In this document: piece after piece, positions 30,568-40,400 of the stretch
How the letters are laid out: each line of letters opens with the position of its first letter
Position numbering within the stretch: the first letter of the stretch is position 1
Assembly (NCBI GenBank): GCA_965224085.1
Contig: CBDCYI010000004.1
Location: 1,664,001-1,728,000, forward strand
Origin: Candidatus Marinacidobacterales bacterium
GTDB lineage: Bacteria; Acidobacteriota; Vicinamibacteria; Marinacidobacterales; SMYC01
DNA: 64,000 bases
Direction: 5' to 3'
Notes under the pieces: model-generated
Told to the model about the DNA's origin: nothing
Database searches by the model: none
Seen by the model: only the letters and a program-made list of their open reading frames with translations
Position numbers and translations under genes: made by a program

Positions 30568-31373
30568 GGTATTGTCAAGTTGACGTTGAGCGAGCGAACC
30601 TATTGCGTCGAGCTGATTTCCTTTGCTCTCATCGGACGGCACAGGTTACCTCCTGCCAGACGATGAAAGCGCGGTCTCGTAGCTCCCGATGATGATGCGC
30701 TTGCAACAAATGCCGTCCGACGCGAAAGAGGTTTTGCACGAGTCCATGCACGGTCAAGAATCGTTGCGCCTGCCCAGGAGTTTTAAACTTCCGCATCTGT
30801 CGTTCCCGTTGTCGCGTCGGTTCGTGCGAGACTTCGGCTAGGTTGTTTCTGTACTGGTCAGTGTCGTGGACGACGGACGGCATGACCTCGCGGTGAGCGG
30901 CACTGTAGCTTCTCAGTTTGTCGGTGACCAGCTGCCAGGGCGGACGGCCTTGCCCTTTCAACAGCTTGCGGAAGAATCGTTTGGCGGCTTTCTGATCACG
31001 GCGAGGCTGGACGAGGATATCAATCACATCACCATCTTGGTCTACCGCGCGCCAGAGGTATTGGCGTTCGCCTTGTATCTTTATGAAGACCTCGTCCAGG
31101 TGCCACGTGTCACCAAGGCGACCCTGCCGACGCTTCAGTCGCCGAGCGTATTCCGGCCCGAACTTGATGCACCAAAGTCGGATCGCTTCGTAGGAAACCG
31201 TGATGCCTCGCTGAGCAAGCAGCTCTTCGACGTTTCGAAAGCTCACGCAGAATCGGTGGTAGAGCCAGACGGCGTGGCTGATGATTTCCGGTGGAAATCG
31301 ATAGCCGTGGTAGCTTGGCGCATCGGTCTTCATTGGACCATTCTGTCAGTCACCAGCTCAATTCGAAAGTACC
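30568..31373 (-). mobile_element. IS6-family element copy 1 (806 bp; transposase 30629-31333)
   Basis: WHLDEVF, YLWRAVDQ, TDK, NNLAE. TIR GGTATTGTCAAGTTGA; the other TIR is mutated (TCAATTCGAAAGTACC). Confidence 0.93.
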
Positions 31374-31450
31374 GTCGAGACCGTTCAAGAACAGCCGGGT
31401 GTTCATGGCAAGCGTGCGTTCGAGTGGCAGAACCGATGGGTGCATGCGTC

Positions 31451-32881
31451 TTACCTCGTGTAGATTTGGAGGAGGCCGTCCTCCTTCATCAAAGCTTCGA
31501 TCGCGTCCATATCCATCGGGACGAACCCGGATAGATTCTCCGCTCCGTCCTCGTTGATAAGGATGACGTCTTCGAGACGAATATAGATCTGCTCCTCCGG
31601 TACGCGGAACTGCGGCTCGATCGTGAAGACCATGCCGGGGACGAGGCTTCCATCATGGATGCCGACATCGTGGACTGCCATCCCCACACCGTGCCCGAGG
31701 CTCGCGGGACGCCGGCTCGCGCGCTCCCGATAAGCGGCAACGAAACGCTCTGCGGCTTCCCGATAAATCGGCTTCGTGAACGGCCACGTTTCGAGAATGC
31801 GGTCCATCTTGTCTGCAGCGTCGCTCATGATCGCGTTTACGTCGCCCGGGCGGATCGAATCGAGAATGGCCTTGTAATAGGCTAAATAGAACCCGTAGAG
31901 ATCGCGCTGCCACGCGTTGAAGCGGCCGTTCACGGGCCACTGGCGGGTGACGTCGCTCGAGTAGTAGCCGACATCGGGAGCGTAGTCCATCAAGAGCAGC
32001 TCGCCGTCCATGAGCTCGCGCTTGCCGTGGTGGTAGTGCGGGTACCAGGCGTTCGGCCCGCCCGCGATGAGCGAGTAATAGGCGTCCGACTGCGCGCCTT
32101 CTTTGAAGAAGATGAATTTGGCGAGTGCGTCGAGCTCGTACTCCATCATCCCGGGCCGGCTCGATCGCATCGCTTCCATGAGCGCAAGCCCGGAAAGGCG
32201 GGTCGCTTTGCGAATCAGCTCGATCTCGCGGGGGCTTTTGACGAGGCGGAGCTGGTCGAGGATCGAAGAGAGATCCTCGATCTTGAATTGCGGGAACGTC
32301 TCTCGGAGGCGCGCAAGAAAGTGCGCCCCGCGCGAGGGTCGGCCGTCCCACGGATCGTTTGCAACGTCTCCGGCCGCGCGGGTTGCGAGGTCGCGGGCGC
32401 TCGCCGCGCCTTCGGCGGGCTTGAACGCTGCGTACAGCGTCGGGACGCGCCCGCCCCAGGCGAAACGCGCGAGATGCTCACTCAACAGATCCACGCCGTG
32501 AACAGCGTCGACACCGGAGAGCTCGCGGGTGAGGTCATCGTCTTCGGCGGACAGAAGCTTGCCTTCGCTCGACTCGCGCCGCGGGTTCCGGTGCAACAGG
32601 TAGAGACGGGTCTTGCGCTCAGTGCCGTCGAGCAGAAGATAGGCGTGCGGCGTCTCGATGCCCGAAAGGTAGAAAAACGAGTTCGACTGCCGGAATCGAA
32701 CGTAGCCGACGGGGCTCGGCGCGCCTTGCACGAGTGCCACCGCGTTCGGGCCGATCGCGTCGAAGACTTTGTCGCGTCTTGCTCGAAACTCCTCGGGCGA
32801 GAAATCTTCGGTGAAAAGCGGCACGTCTTGGGCACTCGCGGTGGCCGCGAGCAGAGCGAGGGCGATGAGATAGCCATTCAT
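31451..32881 (-). CDS. Xaa-Pro aminopeptidase (M24)
   Basis: FRQSNSFFYLSG, SDVTR, GHGVGMAVHD, TIEP, IRLED. Confidence 0.9.
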   Translation of the reverse strand: MNGYLIALALLAATASAQDVPLFTEDFSPEEFRARRDKVFDAIGPNAVALVQGAPSPVGYVRFRQSNSFFYLSGIETPHAYLLLDGTERKTRLYLLHRNPRRESSEGKLLSAEDDDLTRELSGVDAVHGVDLLSEHLARFAWGGRVPTLYAAFKPAEGAASARDLATRAAGDVANDPWDGRPSRGAHFLARLRETFPQFKIEDLSSILDQLRLVKSPREIELIRKATRLSGLALMEAMRSSRPGMMEYELDALAKFIFFKEGAQSDAYYSLIAGGPNAWYPHYHHGKRELMDGELLLMDYAPDVGYYSSDVTRQWPVNGRFNAWQRDLYGFYLAYYKAILDSIRPGDVNAIMSDAADKMDRILETWPFTKPIYREAAERFVAAYRERASRRPASLGHGVGMAVHDVGIHDGSLVPGMVFTIEPQFRVPEEQIYIRLEDVILINEDGAENLSGFVPMDMDAIEALMKEDGLLQIYTR

Positions 32882-34221
32882 TCCGTGACTCCGTTGACGG
32901 GAAGGGCGAGCTTCGATCTATCAATGACCGCCCCGCCTTTTATCACCATGCGAATTTTCTTGGCGTTTTTGATATCGGCGGTGGGATCCGCGTCGAGTAG
33001 CACGAGGTCGGCGCGTTTGCCGGGCTCGATCGTACCGAGCTCGTTTTCCATCCCCAGAAAAACCGCTCCATGTAGCGTTGCCATCCGGATGGCGTCGAGC
33101 GGCGAGATGCCGCCTCCCACGAGAAGCTCGAGCTCGCGATGAACGGCAGGGCCGAGGCTCTGGTCGGTGCCGAGAACGACGATGCCGCCAGCTTCGTGCA
33201 AGAGGCGCAAGTTCTCTTGCGCGACGGGGGTCATGACCTTCATCCATTGCGTCCAGCGGCGCTCTTCCCATTCGCGCCTGGTCGCCCCTCGCAATCGCTC
33301 GATCGCACTCAGCAAAAGCGTCGCGCGGTAGAGAGGCTCATCGAGAAACTCCGGATGGTCGACGAGGCGGCCATAGCCGTCTCCTATCGTGAGCGTCGAG
33401 ACTTGCGGAACGCGCTTGACCTTCATCATGTTGAGATAGCGCTCGCTGACAGGCGCCTGGATCACGGGATGGGCGAGCGTATCGACGCCGGCATAGATCG
33501 CGTCCCAAGCTCGAAGTTCGTTCGAGGTGTGCATCGTCGTGCGGATGCCGTGCTCGTGATAGTAGCGGATAACTTGCTCGAGTAAATCAACGGGCATGTG
33601 GCGAATGAGAGGGCGTGTGCCCCAACCGTGCTCGTCTTGGGTGATTTTGAGAATGTCGGGCTTTCTCGCGATATGTTCATCGAGCTTGGGCCGATCGCGG
33701 GCGAAGTCTTCGACGGTGACGGCGCCGCGTCCGCCATGGCCGCCTGGAGCGGTCACAACGCTCCCCGCTGCGAAGATGCGCGGCGCCACAATTTCGCCGC
33801 TTCTCTCCTGAGCACGCAGCGCGAAGATGAAATCGGGTGCGTTCCCCGCGTCGTAGATCGACGTCACGCCGCTATACAGATAGCCGTGGAGCGCGCGCAG
33901 CCCTTCGCTCGGCGAGCTTCCGGCGCGGCCGCCTCTGAGATGCACGTGCATGTCCATGAGGCCGGGCATTCCGAATTGGCCCGACCCATCGAGGCGCTCG
34001 GCACCCGGGGGTGCTTCGACCTTTCCGACGGCGACAAAGCGGCCGCCATCGATGACTACGCTCACGCCCGGCTCGGGGGGCGCCCCGGTTCCATCAATGA
34101 TGGTGACGTTCTCGATAACTATTGGGACGAGCGCGGGCTGTCCTCCCGCGCGGGTTGGCGCCAGCGCAACGAGCCCGAATACGCTGAGCAAAGAATTCCA
34201 GCAATGCATGTCGCGCATCAT
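32878..34221 (-). CDS. Amidohydrolase family protein
   Basis: PGLMDMHVH, GTD, GTIEPGKRADLVLL. Start approximate. Confidence 0.88.
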   Translation of the reverse strand: MMRDMHCWNSLLSVFGLVALAPTRAGGQPALVPIVIENVTIIDGTGAPPEPGVSVVIDGGRFVAVGKVEAPPGAERLDGSGQFGMPGLMDMHVHLRGGRAGSSPSEGLRALHGYLYSGVTSIYDAGNAPDFIFALRAQERSGEIVAPRIFAAGSVVTAPGGHGGRGAVTVEDFARDRPKLDEHIARKPDILKITQDEHGWGTRPLIRHMPVDLLEQVIRYYHEHGIRTTMHTSNELRAWDAIYAGVDTLAHPVIQAPVSERYLNMMKVKRVPQVSTLTIGDGYGRLVDHPEFLDEPLYRATLLLSAIERLRGATRREWEERRWTQWMKVMTPVAQENLRLLHEAGGIVVLGTDQSLGPAVHRELELLVGGGISPLDAIRMATLHGAVFLGMENELGTIEPGKRADLVLLDADPTADIKNAKKIRMVIKGGAVIDRSKLALPVNGVTE

Positions 34222-34257
34222 AGCTAGACGCGGCCTCGGAGGCCACAATGGGGTCCA

Positions 34258-34671
34258 ATGTTCAAAGTCATGACGGGATTCTTCAAAGCGATGCTGACAG
34301 TCCTACCAGCACCGTGGCTCATTTGGATTGGGACGCTCTTGTTCGTGAACATGGTCGTGCCGCTTTTCTTCCTCGACCAACTCGAGGCGCAAGTCGTGCT
34401 CGCCGCGACGATGCTAGGCGCGCTCATTCAGATGTCCATTTTCAAAGCCAAAGGGTTCGTGCGGCTTCTCGGGATCGGCCATCTTCCGTGGCTTCTTGTC
34501 GTGCTGTGGCTCGCGAGCTGGACGAGCGCGATTGGGACCGACACGCTGTTCGGGCAATGGATCCTGGCCGTCATCGTCCTCGATGGTCTCTCGCTCGTCA
34601 TCGATGCCATCGACGTCGTTCGCTACATCAATGGCGATCGCACACCCGCCACAACGCTCGAAGACGCGTGA
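34258..34671 (+). CDS. Small multi-TM hypothetical protein
   Basis: 137 aa with about four hydrophobic segments. Confidence 0.65.
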   Translation: MFKVMTGFFKAMLTVLPAPWLIWIGTLLFVNMVVPLFFLDQLEAQVVLAATMLGALIQMSIFKAKGFVRLLGIGHLPWLLVVLWLASWTSAIGTDTLFGQWILAVIVLDGLSLVIDAIDVVRYINGDRTPATTLEDA

Positions 34672-34710
34672 TAAGATTCGAGGCCATTCGGTCCTTCTAG
34701 GAGTTTCGTC

Positions 34711-37161
34711 ATGGCCCTTTTTGCCCGTGTTTTCGGTCTCGTTTTCTTGGCGCTTTTGGCGGGCGATGCAAACGCTCAGGAAACCGTCGACTATCAGATG
34801 CCGCCTCAGGCGATGGCCGCTATCGCCGATGCCGCGCCCACCCCCGGAATCGTAGTCGACCCGACGAAGACGTGGCTTCTCGTGCTCGAAAGACGGAGCT
34901 TGTCCTCGATACGCGAGCTCGCTGAGCCTGAGCTTCGGCTCGCGGGGCTCCGCATCCAGCCGGCAACCAACGCGCGCAGCCGCCGGCGGGTCGCCACGCA
35001 TGTGGAGCTCGTCGCCATCGCCGATGGTTCGACGCGCAGCGTCACTGGGCTTCCGAGTGGAGCTCAAATCGCGCATATCGATGATGCGAGCTTCTCCCCC
35101 GACGGCAGTCTTGCAGCATTCTCGCTGACGACGGCCGCGGGCATGGAGCTCTGGATCCTCGACGTCGCCTCGGGCGCCGCGAAGCGCGTGCTGGAAGATC
35201 TCAACGGTGTGTTTCGCGGACGGCCTTACGCGTGGCTATCGGACAGCCGGAGCCTCGTCGCCAAAGTCGTGCCAGACCGCCGCGGTGCTCCGCCAGAAGC
35301 TCCTTTTGTCCCTTCGGGACCCATCGTGCAAGAAGCGAGCGGAACAAAATCTGCGGCCCGCACTTATCAGGACCTTTTGACGAGCCATCACGACGAAGCG
35401 CTCTTTGAGCATTACGCCCAGACGCAAATCGTTCGCGTGAGCGTCGAGGGAGCAGTCGATAAGCTCGGAGCCCCGGGGCTCGTCGCGCGGGCGGTGCCGT
35501 CACCGGATGGCGAGCACGTCCTCGTCGAGCGGCTGGAACGGCCGTTCTCCTACTTAGTGCCGTATTACCGGTTCGGTCACCGCGTCCAGGTTCTGGATAG
35601 GTTAGGCGCGCTCGTAAAAGAAGTTGCGCGTTTACCGCTCGCGGAAGACGTCGCCATCGGGCGCAACGCGGTTCGCACGGGGCGGCGCGATTTCGGCTGG
35701 CGGGCCGATGCGGACGCGACACTCTACTTTATCGAAGCTACAGATGGAGGCGACCCGCGCGCCGAAGCCAAGTTTCGAGACGCGGTCTATACGTGGAGCG
35801 CGCCGTTCCAAAGCGAACCTGACACGCTCATATCGCTCGGCCTGCGCTTCGCCGACGTCCATTGGGGAAGTGACGCTGTCGCTCTCGTTGAGGAGTGGTG
35901 GTGGGCGACGCGGACGCGGCGCGTGTTTCGCGTCGAGCCGGCATCGAGCGACGAGCCCCCGAAGATGGTCTTCGACTATTCCTACGAAGATCGTTACAAC
36001 GCGCCCGGCTCGCCGCTCATGACGCGCACGGCGCGTGGCTCGCTCGTCCTCGCGACTTCGGCGGACGGCAAATCGATCTATTTGAGAGGCGAAGGTGCAT
36101 CGCCCGAAGGCAACCGTCCCTTCATCGACGCGCTCGATTTGGAAAGCGGCGCCAAAACGCGCCTCTTCCACTCCGAAGCCCCGTATTACGAGATGCCAAT
36201 CACTTGGATCGACGCCGAGGCAGGTCAACTGCTGACGCGGCGCGAATCTCGCGATGAGCCGCCGAACTACTTCGTGCACGCCTCGGGGGATGTGCGGGCC
36301 GTGACGCGCTTTTCCAATCCCTATCCCGGGCTCGAAAGCGTAGGGCGGGAGCTCGTCCGTTACGACCGCGCGGACGGCGTGAAGCTGAGCGCGACTTTGT
36401 ACACGCCCGCTGGCTACACTTCCGAGGATGGCCCGCTTCCCATGCTCGTTTGGGCCTATCCGCGTGAGTACAAGAGCGCGAGCGCCGCCGCACAAGTCCG
36501 GGACTCACCGCATCGTTTCTCGCGCGTTAGCTGGGGATCGCCCCTCTACTGGCTGACTCAAGGCTACGCCGTCATGGAAGGCGCGACGATGCCCATCATT
36601 GGCGAGGGTGACGAGGAGCCGAACGATACTTACGTGGAGCAGCTCGTGGCGAGCGGTAGCGCGGCGGTGGACGAAGCCGTGCGGCGCGGAATCGCCGATC
36701 GCGAGCGCGTCGGCATCGGAGGTCACTCCTATGGCGCGTTCATGACGGCGAATCTTCTCGCTCATTCCGACACGTTTCGCGCCGGCATCGCGCGAAGCGG
36801 CGCCTACAATCGCACGCTCACGCCCTTCGGCTTCCAATCCGAGCAGCGTACGTACTGGGAAGCGCCGGAGATCTATTTTGCCATGTCGCCCTTCATGCAC
36901 GCGCAGAAGATCGACGAGCCCATTTTGCTCATTCACGGTGTCGCCGACAACAACTCGGGAACGTTCCCCATTCAGAGCCGCCGGCTCTATCACGCGCTCA
37001 AAGGACACGGCGCGAGGGCGCGGCTCGTAATGCTCCCGCACGAGAGCCACGGCTATCAGGCGAGAGAATCCGTCATGCACACACTCTGGGAAATGAACGT
37101 GTGGCTCGACAAGTACGTCAAGAACGCTCCCCCGCGCAACACGACGAGCGAGGAGAATTGA
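34711..37161 (+). CDS. S9 family peptidase (glutamyl-endopeptidase-like)
   Basis: WAYPRE, GGHSYGAFM, RSGAYNRTLTPFGFQ, DNNSGT, ESHGY. Confidence 0.9.
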   Translation: MALFARVFGLVFLALLAGDANAQETVDYQMPPQAMAAIADAAPTPGIVVDPTKTWLLVLERRSLSSIRELAEPELRLAGLRIQPATNARSRRRVATHVELVAIADGSTRSVTGLPSGAQIAHIDDASFSPDGSLAAFSLTTAAGMELWILDVASGAAKRVLEDLNGVFRGRPYAWLSDSRSLVAKVVPDRRGAPPEAPFVPSGPIVQEASGTKSAARTYQDLLTSHHDEALFEHYAQTQIVRVSVEGAVDKLGAPGLVARAVPSPDGEHVLVERLERPFSYLVPYYRFGHRVQVLDRLGALVKEVARLPLAEDVAIGRNAVRTGRRDFGWRADADATLYFIEATDGGDPRAEAKFRDAVYTWSAPFQSEPDTLISLGLRFADVHWGSDAVALVEEWWWATRTRRVFRVEPASSDEPPKMVFDYSYEDRYNAPGSPLMTRTARGSLVLATSADGKSIYLRGEGASPEGNRPFIDALDLESGAKTRLFHSEAPYYEMPITWIDAEAGQLLTRRESRDEPPNYFVHASGDVRAVTRFSNPYPGLESVGRELVRYDRADGVKLSATLYTPAGYTSEDGPLPMLVWAYPREYKSASAAAQVRDSPHRFSRVSWGSPLYWLTQGYAVMEGATMPIIGEGDEEPNDTYVEQLVASGSAAVDEAVRRGIADRERVGIGGHSYGAFMTANLLAHSDTFRAGIARSGAYNRTLTPFGFQSEQRTYWEAPEIYFAMSPFMHAQKIDEPILLIHGVADNNSGTFPIQSRRLYHALKGHGARARLVMLPHESHGYQARESVMHTLWEMNVWLDKYVKNAPPRNTTSEEN

Positions 37162-37748
37162 ACCGAGACCAATCGGACGAGAGCGAATATCCATCGCAGG
37201 TCACCGAGCTTCTCAACGCCTGGCAAGAAGGCCGGCAGTGCGCGGTCGACGAGTTGATACCGCTCGTCTATCAAGAGCTGCGAAAGCTCGCGCGAAGCTA
37301 TTTGCGGAACGAGCGCCCGGACCACACGCTGCAAGCGACGGCGCTCGTGAACGAAGCTTATTTGCGATTGTTGGGGCAGAAGAACGTCCAGTGGGAGAAC
37401 CGCAAACACTTTTTTCGGGATCGCGTCCCAGCTCATGCGGCGGATCCTCGTCGACCATGCCCGCAAGCGCGCCGCCGGCAAGCGCGGCGGCGCCGAGCCT
37501 CTCGTCTTCTTCGAAGAAAACAACGTCGCGCCATCGGAGCAGCCCGATCTCATCGAGCTCGACGCGGCTCTCGACGCTTTCGCAAAAATCGACCCGATCA
37601 AGCGAAGCTCGTGGAGCTCCGATACTTTACCGGCTTGACTATCGACGAGACGGCCAAAGTGCTCGAGCTGTCTCCTGCCACCGTGAAGCGAGAATGGATC
37701 GTTGCGAAAGCTTGGCTTCGGCGAGAGCTCGGGCGCCGGAATGAGTGA
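37158..37748 (+). pseudogene. ECF sigma factor (TIGR02999-like) with compensating +1/-1 frameshifts
   Basis: LVYQELRKLA, HTLQATALVNEAYLRL; MRRILVDHAR lies in another frame; SPATVKREW..AKAWL. Confidence 0.8.
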
Positions 37749-37794
37749 CTTCCTTAGGGCCGAGCGCACTCGACACGATGGTTTACGGATAGGG

Positions 37795-38600
37795 CTACGG
37801 ACAGCTCCCGGCGCCGGCTCCGTTCACGGAAACGAATTGAAACGATCCCGTGAACACACCGCCGCCAGAGGTGTTACAAAGAGGCGAGACGCCGGTGGCG
37901 GTGTTGCCCGAGCCTCCCACGGTGACGGCGCCGCCCTCAGCACGGAGCCCTCTATTGTTCTGCATGGTCAGATCGACGTTGTTCAGCAGGAGGGTGTTCC
38001 CCGCGTTGATGCGATGCCCCTGCCTCGCATTCAGGATCGAGCCTAACAGCGACAGGGTGGAGCCGCTGCCACTTTGTCGTGAAACCCAAGACGCGCCTGG
38101 AGCGGCAACCACCAACCGTCGCCCGCCCACGTTGGCCGGGGCAGTTACGAAAATGCCATTTCTGGAGAAGCCGCTCAGGTCCTGGAGATCGACCGAGCTT
38201 GCAGCCCTTACGCGCACTGCGTCTCGGCCTCCGGAAGTGGAGATCCCAATGATGGTAGCGTTGCCCATCGTCGCGACAACGGTGCCACTCCCGACCGCGA
38301 GTGACAACACGGGCGCTGACGTCGGCGGGATTGTTTCACCTGAATAGCACACCTCCACACCCGATCCGATGGAGTCTCTGACCGTCCTCCAGGACCACAC
38401 CCCCGGCATAGTTGCCCGCAAGCACAACGATGGTATCCCCGGGACTCGCTGCACCGCTCGCCGCAGCGATGGTGTTGAATGGGGACCTAAATGTACCGGT
38501 CCCTCCCGGAGAGCTGTTGCTGTTCACAAACCAGCTGGAATCCGGAACTTTGGCGCCGGAACAGTCGAATGGACCGCTCACGGGTAGACCAATCTCGATA
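37795..38600 (-). pseudogene. Fragmented secreted beta-helix-like (DUF1565-like) protein
   Basis: WFVN..GTGTFRSPFNTIAAA..PGDTIVV..GNY, then a Gly/Asn/Ser-rich frame after a frameshift. Confidence 0.45.
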
Positions 38601-38879
38601 TGCCTTAGACGAGAGCAGTCATCGAGCTCGCCTTCGACGCTCAACCGCACCCGAACGCGCCGCGTTTCGACTTGCGTGATGCCTCGATAGACGTGATCGA
38701 AAGTATCTCGAATCATGAACTGAGTTCGGCTTTCGTTCATCGGATCGCCCTGGCCGAGGCTGATCGTCTCGGAATGCGTGGGATCGTTTTCTTCATCCCA
38801 CCAGATCTGAAGCTTTTTATATCGATGCGATTTTCTCAAGGGTTTCTCTATTCACGAAGGATCGTCTGGCAGAGGCCCT

Positions 38880-39637
38880 CGAATGCGCACGGCGGCTCTT
38901 GAGGGAAGATCCTTTCACGAGCACGCACACCGCACCATCATGGAGCTCTATCAGAAACAAGGTCGGCCCGAGCGCGCGATCGAACAGTTCGAGCGCTACC
39001 GAAGAGTGCTACGCGAGCAGCTGAACGTCGAGCCGTCGCCTGAGCTCGTTTTGATGCGCACCCGCATTCGATCCGGGCGACGACACTCATCCTCAACCGA
39101 GCCGCGGACGCCTGACGCGCTTCGTGCGGAGTGGAACCGAGCGCTCGCAAGCGATCGCTGGCACGAGCTTGCGGATCCTATGGACGCCGTGACCGAATCC
39201 TTCGATATTCGTGGCCGTTTCGAGTAGGGCGCCTCTCTGTTGAGCGCCGCCATCGCTGCGCTGCCGGATGGCGACCCGCTCGTGGGCAAGCTTCTGATCC
39301 GGCGGGGGACTCTAGAAGTCTCGAGAGGCTGCCTCGTCTCTGCGCGCGACGCGCTCGTGCGCGGGCTCGTTCAGGTGCGCCGTCGCGGCGAGCTTCGTGA
39401 GTCGGCTATCGGTTTCAATCGACTCGGCTATGTCGCTTTCGCGCTCGGCCGGCGGGACGAAGCGTTTCGCTCGCTCAGGCGAAGCATCGCGATGTTTCGC
39501 GACCTGAGAGATCATACCGGTCTCGCATGGTCGCTCAACGTTGTCGGGCACTTGAACGTCGAGGCGGGTTTGATCTCGCGAGCACGTGCGCTCCTCGAAG
39601 AAAGTCTCGAGCTCGCCTCCGAGCTCGAACAGTTCGC
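38880..39637 (+). pseudogene. BTAD/TPR transcriptional regulator remnant
   Basis: HEHAHRTIMELY..GR..AIEQF..L.EQLNVEPS; in-frame TAG at 39225; TPR-like LAWSLNVVG; cut by IS5 end. Confidence 0.7.
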
Positions 39638-39791
39638 TGCCTTGGTGCACAACTCCGATAGAGGCCGAGAGCTCGCTTGGCCCCGACTCCCATCATCCGA
39701 TCATCTCGCTATCAGGCATCCCGAGCGCCGTCATGGTGTTGAGAATCTTGCACCCGATCCTTGCCTCGACTCTCTGTGCCGCCAACCCTCT
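39638..39791 (-). mobile_element. Right-end fragment of the IS5 element also found at 42798-43884
   Basis: Reverse complement of ~43731-43884 including TIR TGCCTTGGTGCACAACTC. Confidence 0.9.
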
Positions 39792-40400
39792 GGTCGCACC
39801 CGCAACCACTCAAGCTACCGCCGAGCATCTCCAACTACTACTCCAGCAGTTGCTCCTCGTTCGACAACATCGTCGTGCCTCCGACCAGCATCTCGAGAAG
39901 TGGTTCAAGCGCGTGCAAGCACTAACCGACGAGCATTGCTCCGACCCTGCCATTCTTGCCTCTTTGCCCGGCGTCGGTGCTTACGTGCTCGCCTCCGTGC
40001 TCTGCTATGCCCACGACCCCATTCGGCTCCGTAATCTCAACGCCTTCAGGACTCTCGGCGGCATTGCTCCTGTCACAAAAAAGAGCGGCAAGCGCGGTCA
40101 GTTGCGACCAACGATCCTGATGAGGAGAGCTCGCTCTTTGCCCCTCAATAATGCTCTCCACCATTGGGCACGCACTGCCGTTTTGCACGACCCCCACTTC
40201 AAAGAACACTACGACCGGCTTCGTGACAGAGGCCACAGCCATGCCAGAGCTCTCAGAGGCGTCATGGACCGCATTCTCCCCATCGCCATTGCGATGCTTC
40301 GACAAGGAACCCTTTACGACCCCTCCCGGTGGCCCACAAAAAAAGCGAATCGCGGATGACTATTACGAAGAACGTTTTCTCTTGATCCGGCGTGGGGAGT
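39792..40400 (+). mobile_element. Second, 5'-truncated copy of the IS110 element inserted in rnr
   Basis: Near-identical to the reverse complement of 18517-~19125; ends GTGGGGAGT followed by CC core. Confidence 0.93.

Noticed and set aside
39586-40359. 257-aa novel ORF
   Set aside because: Chimera of antisense IS5 end and IS110 recombinase C-terminus.
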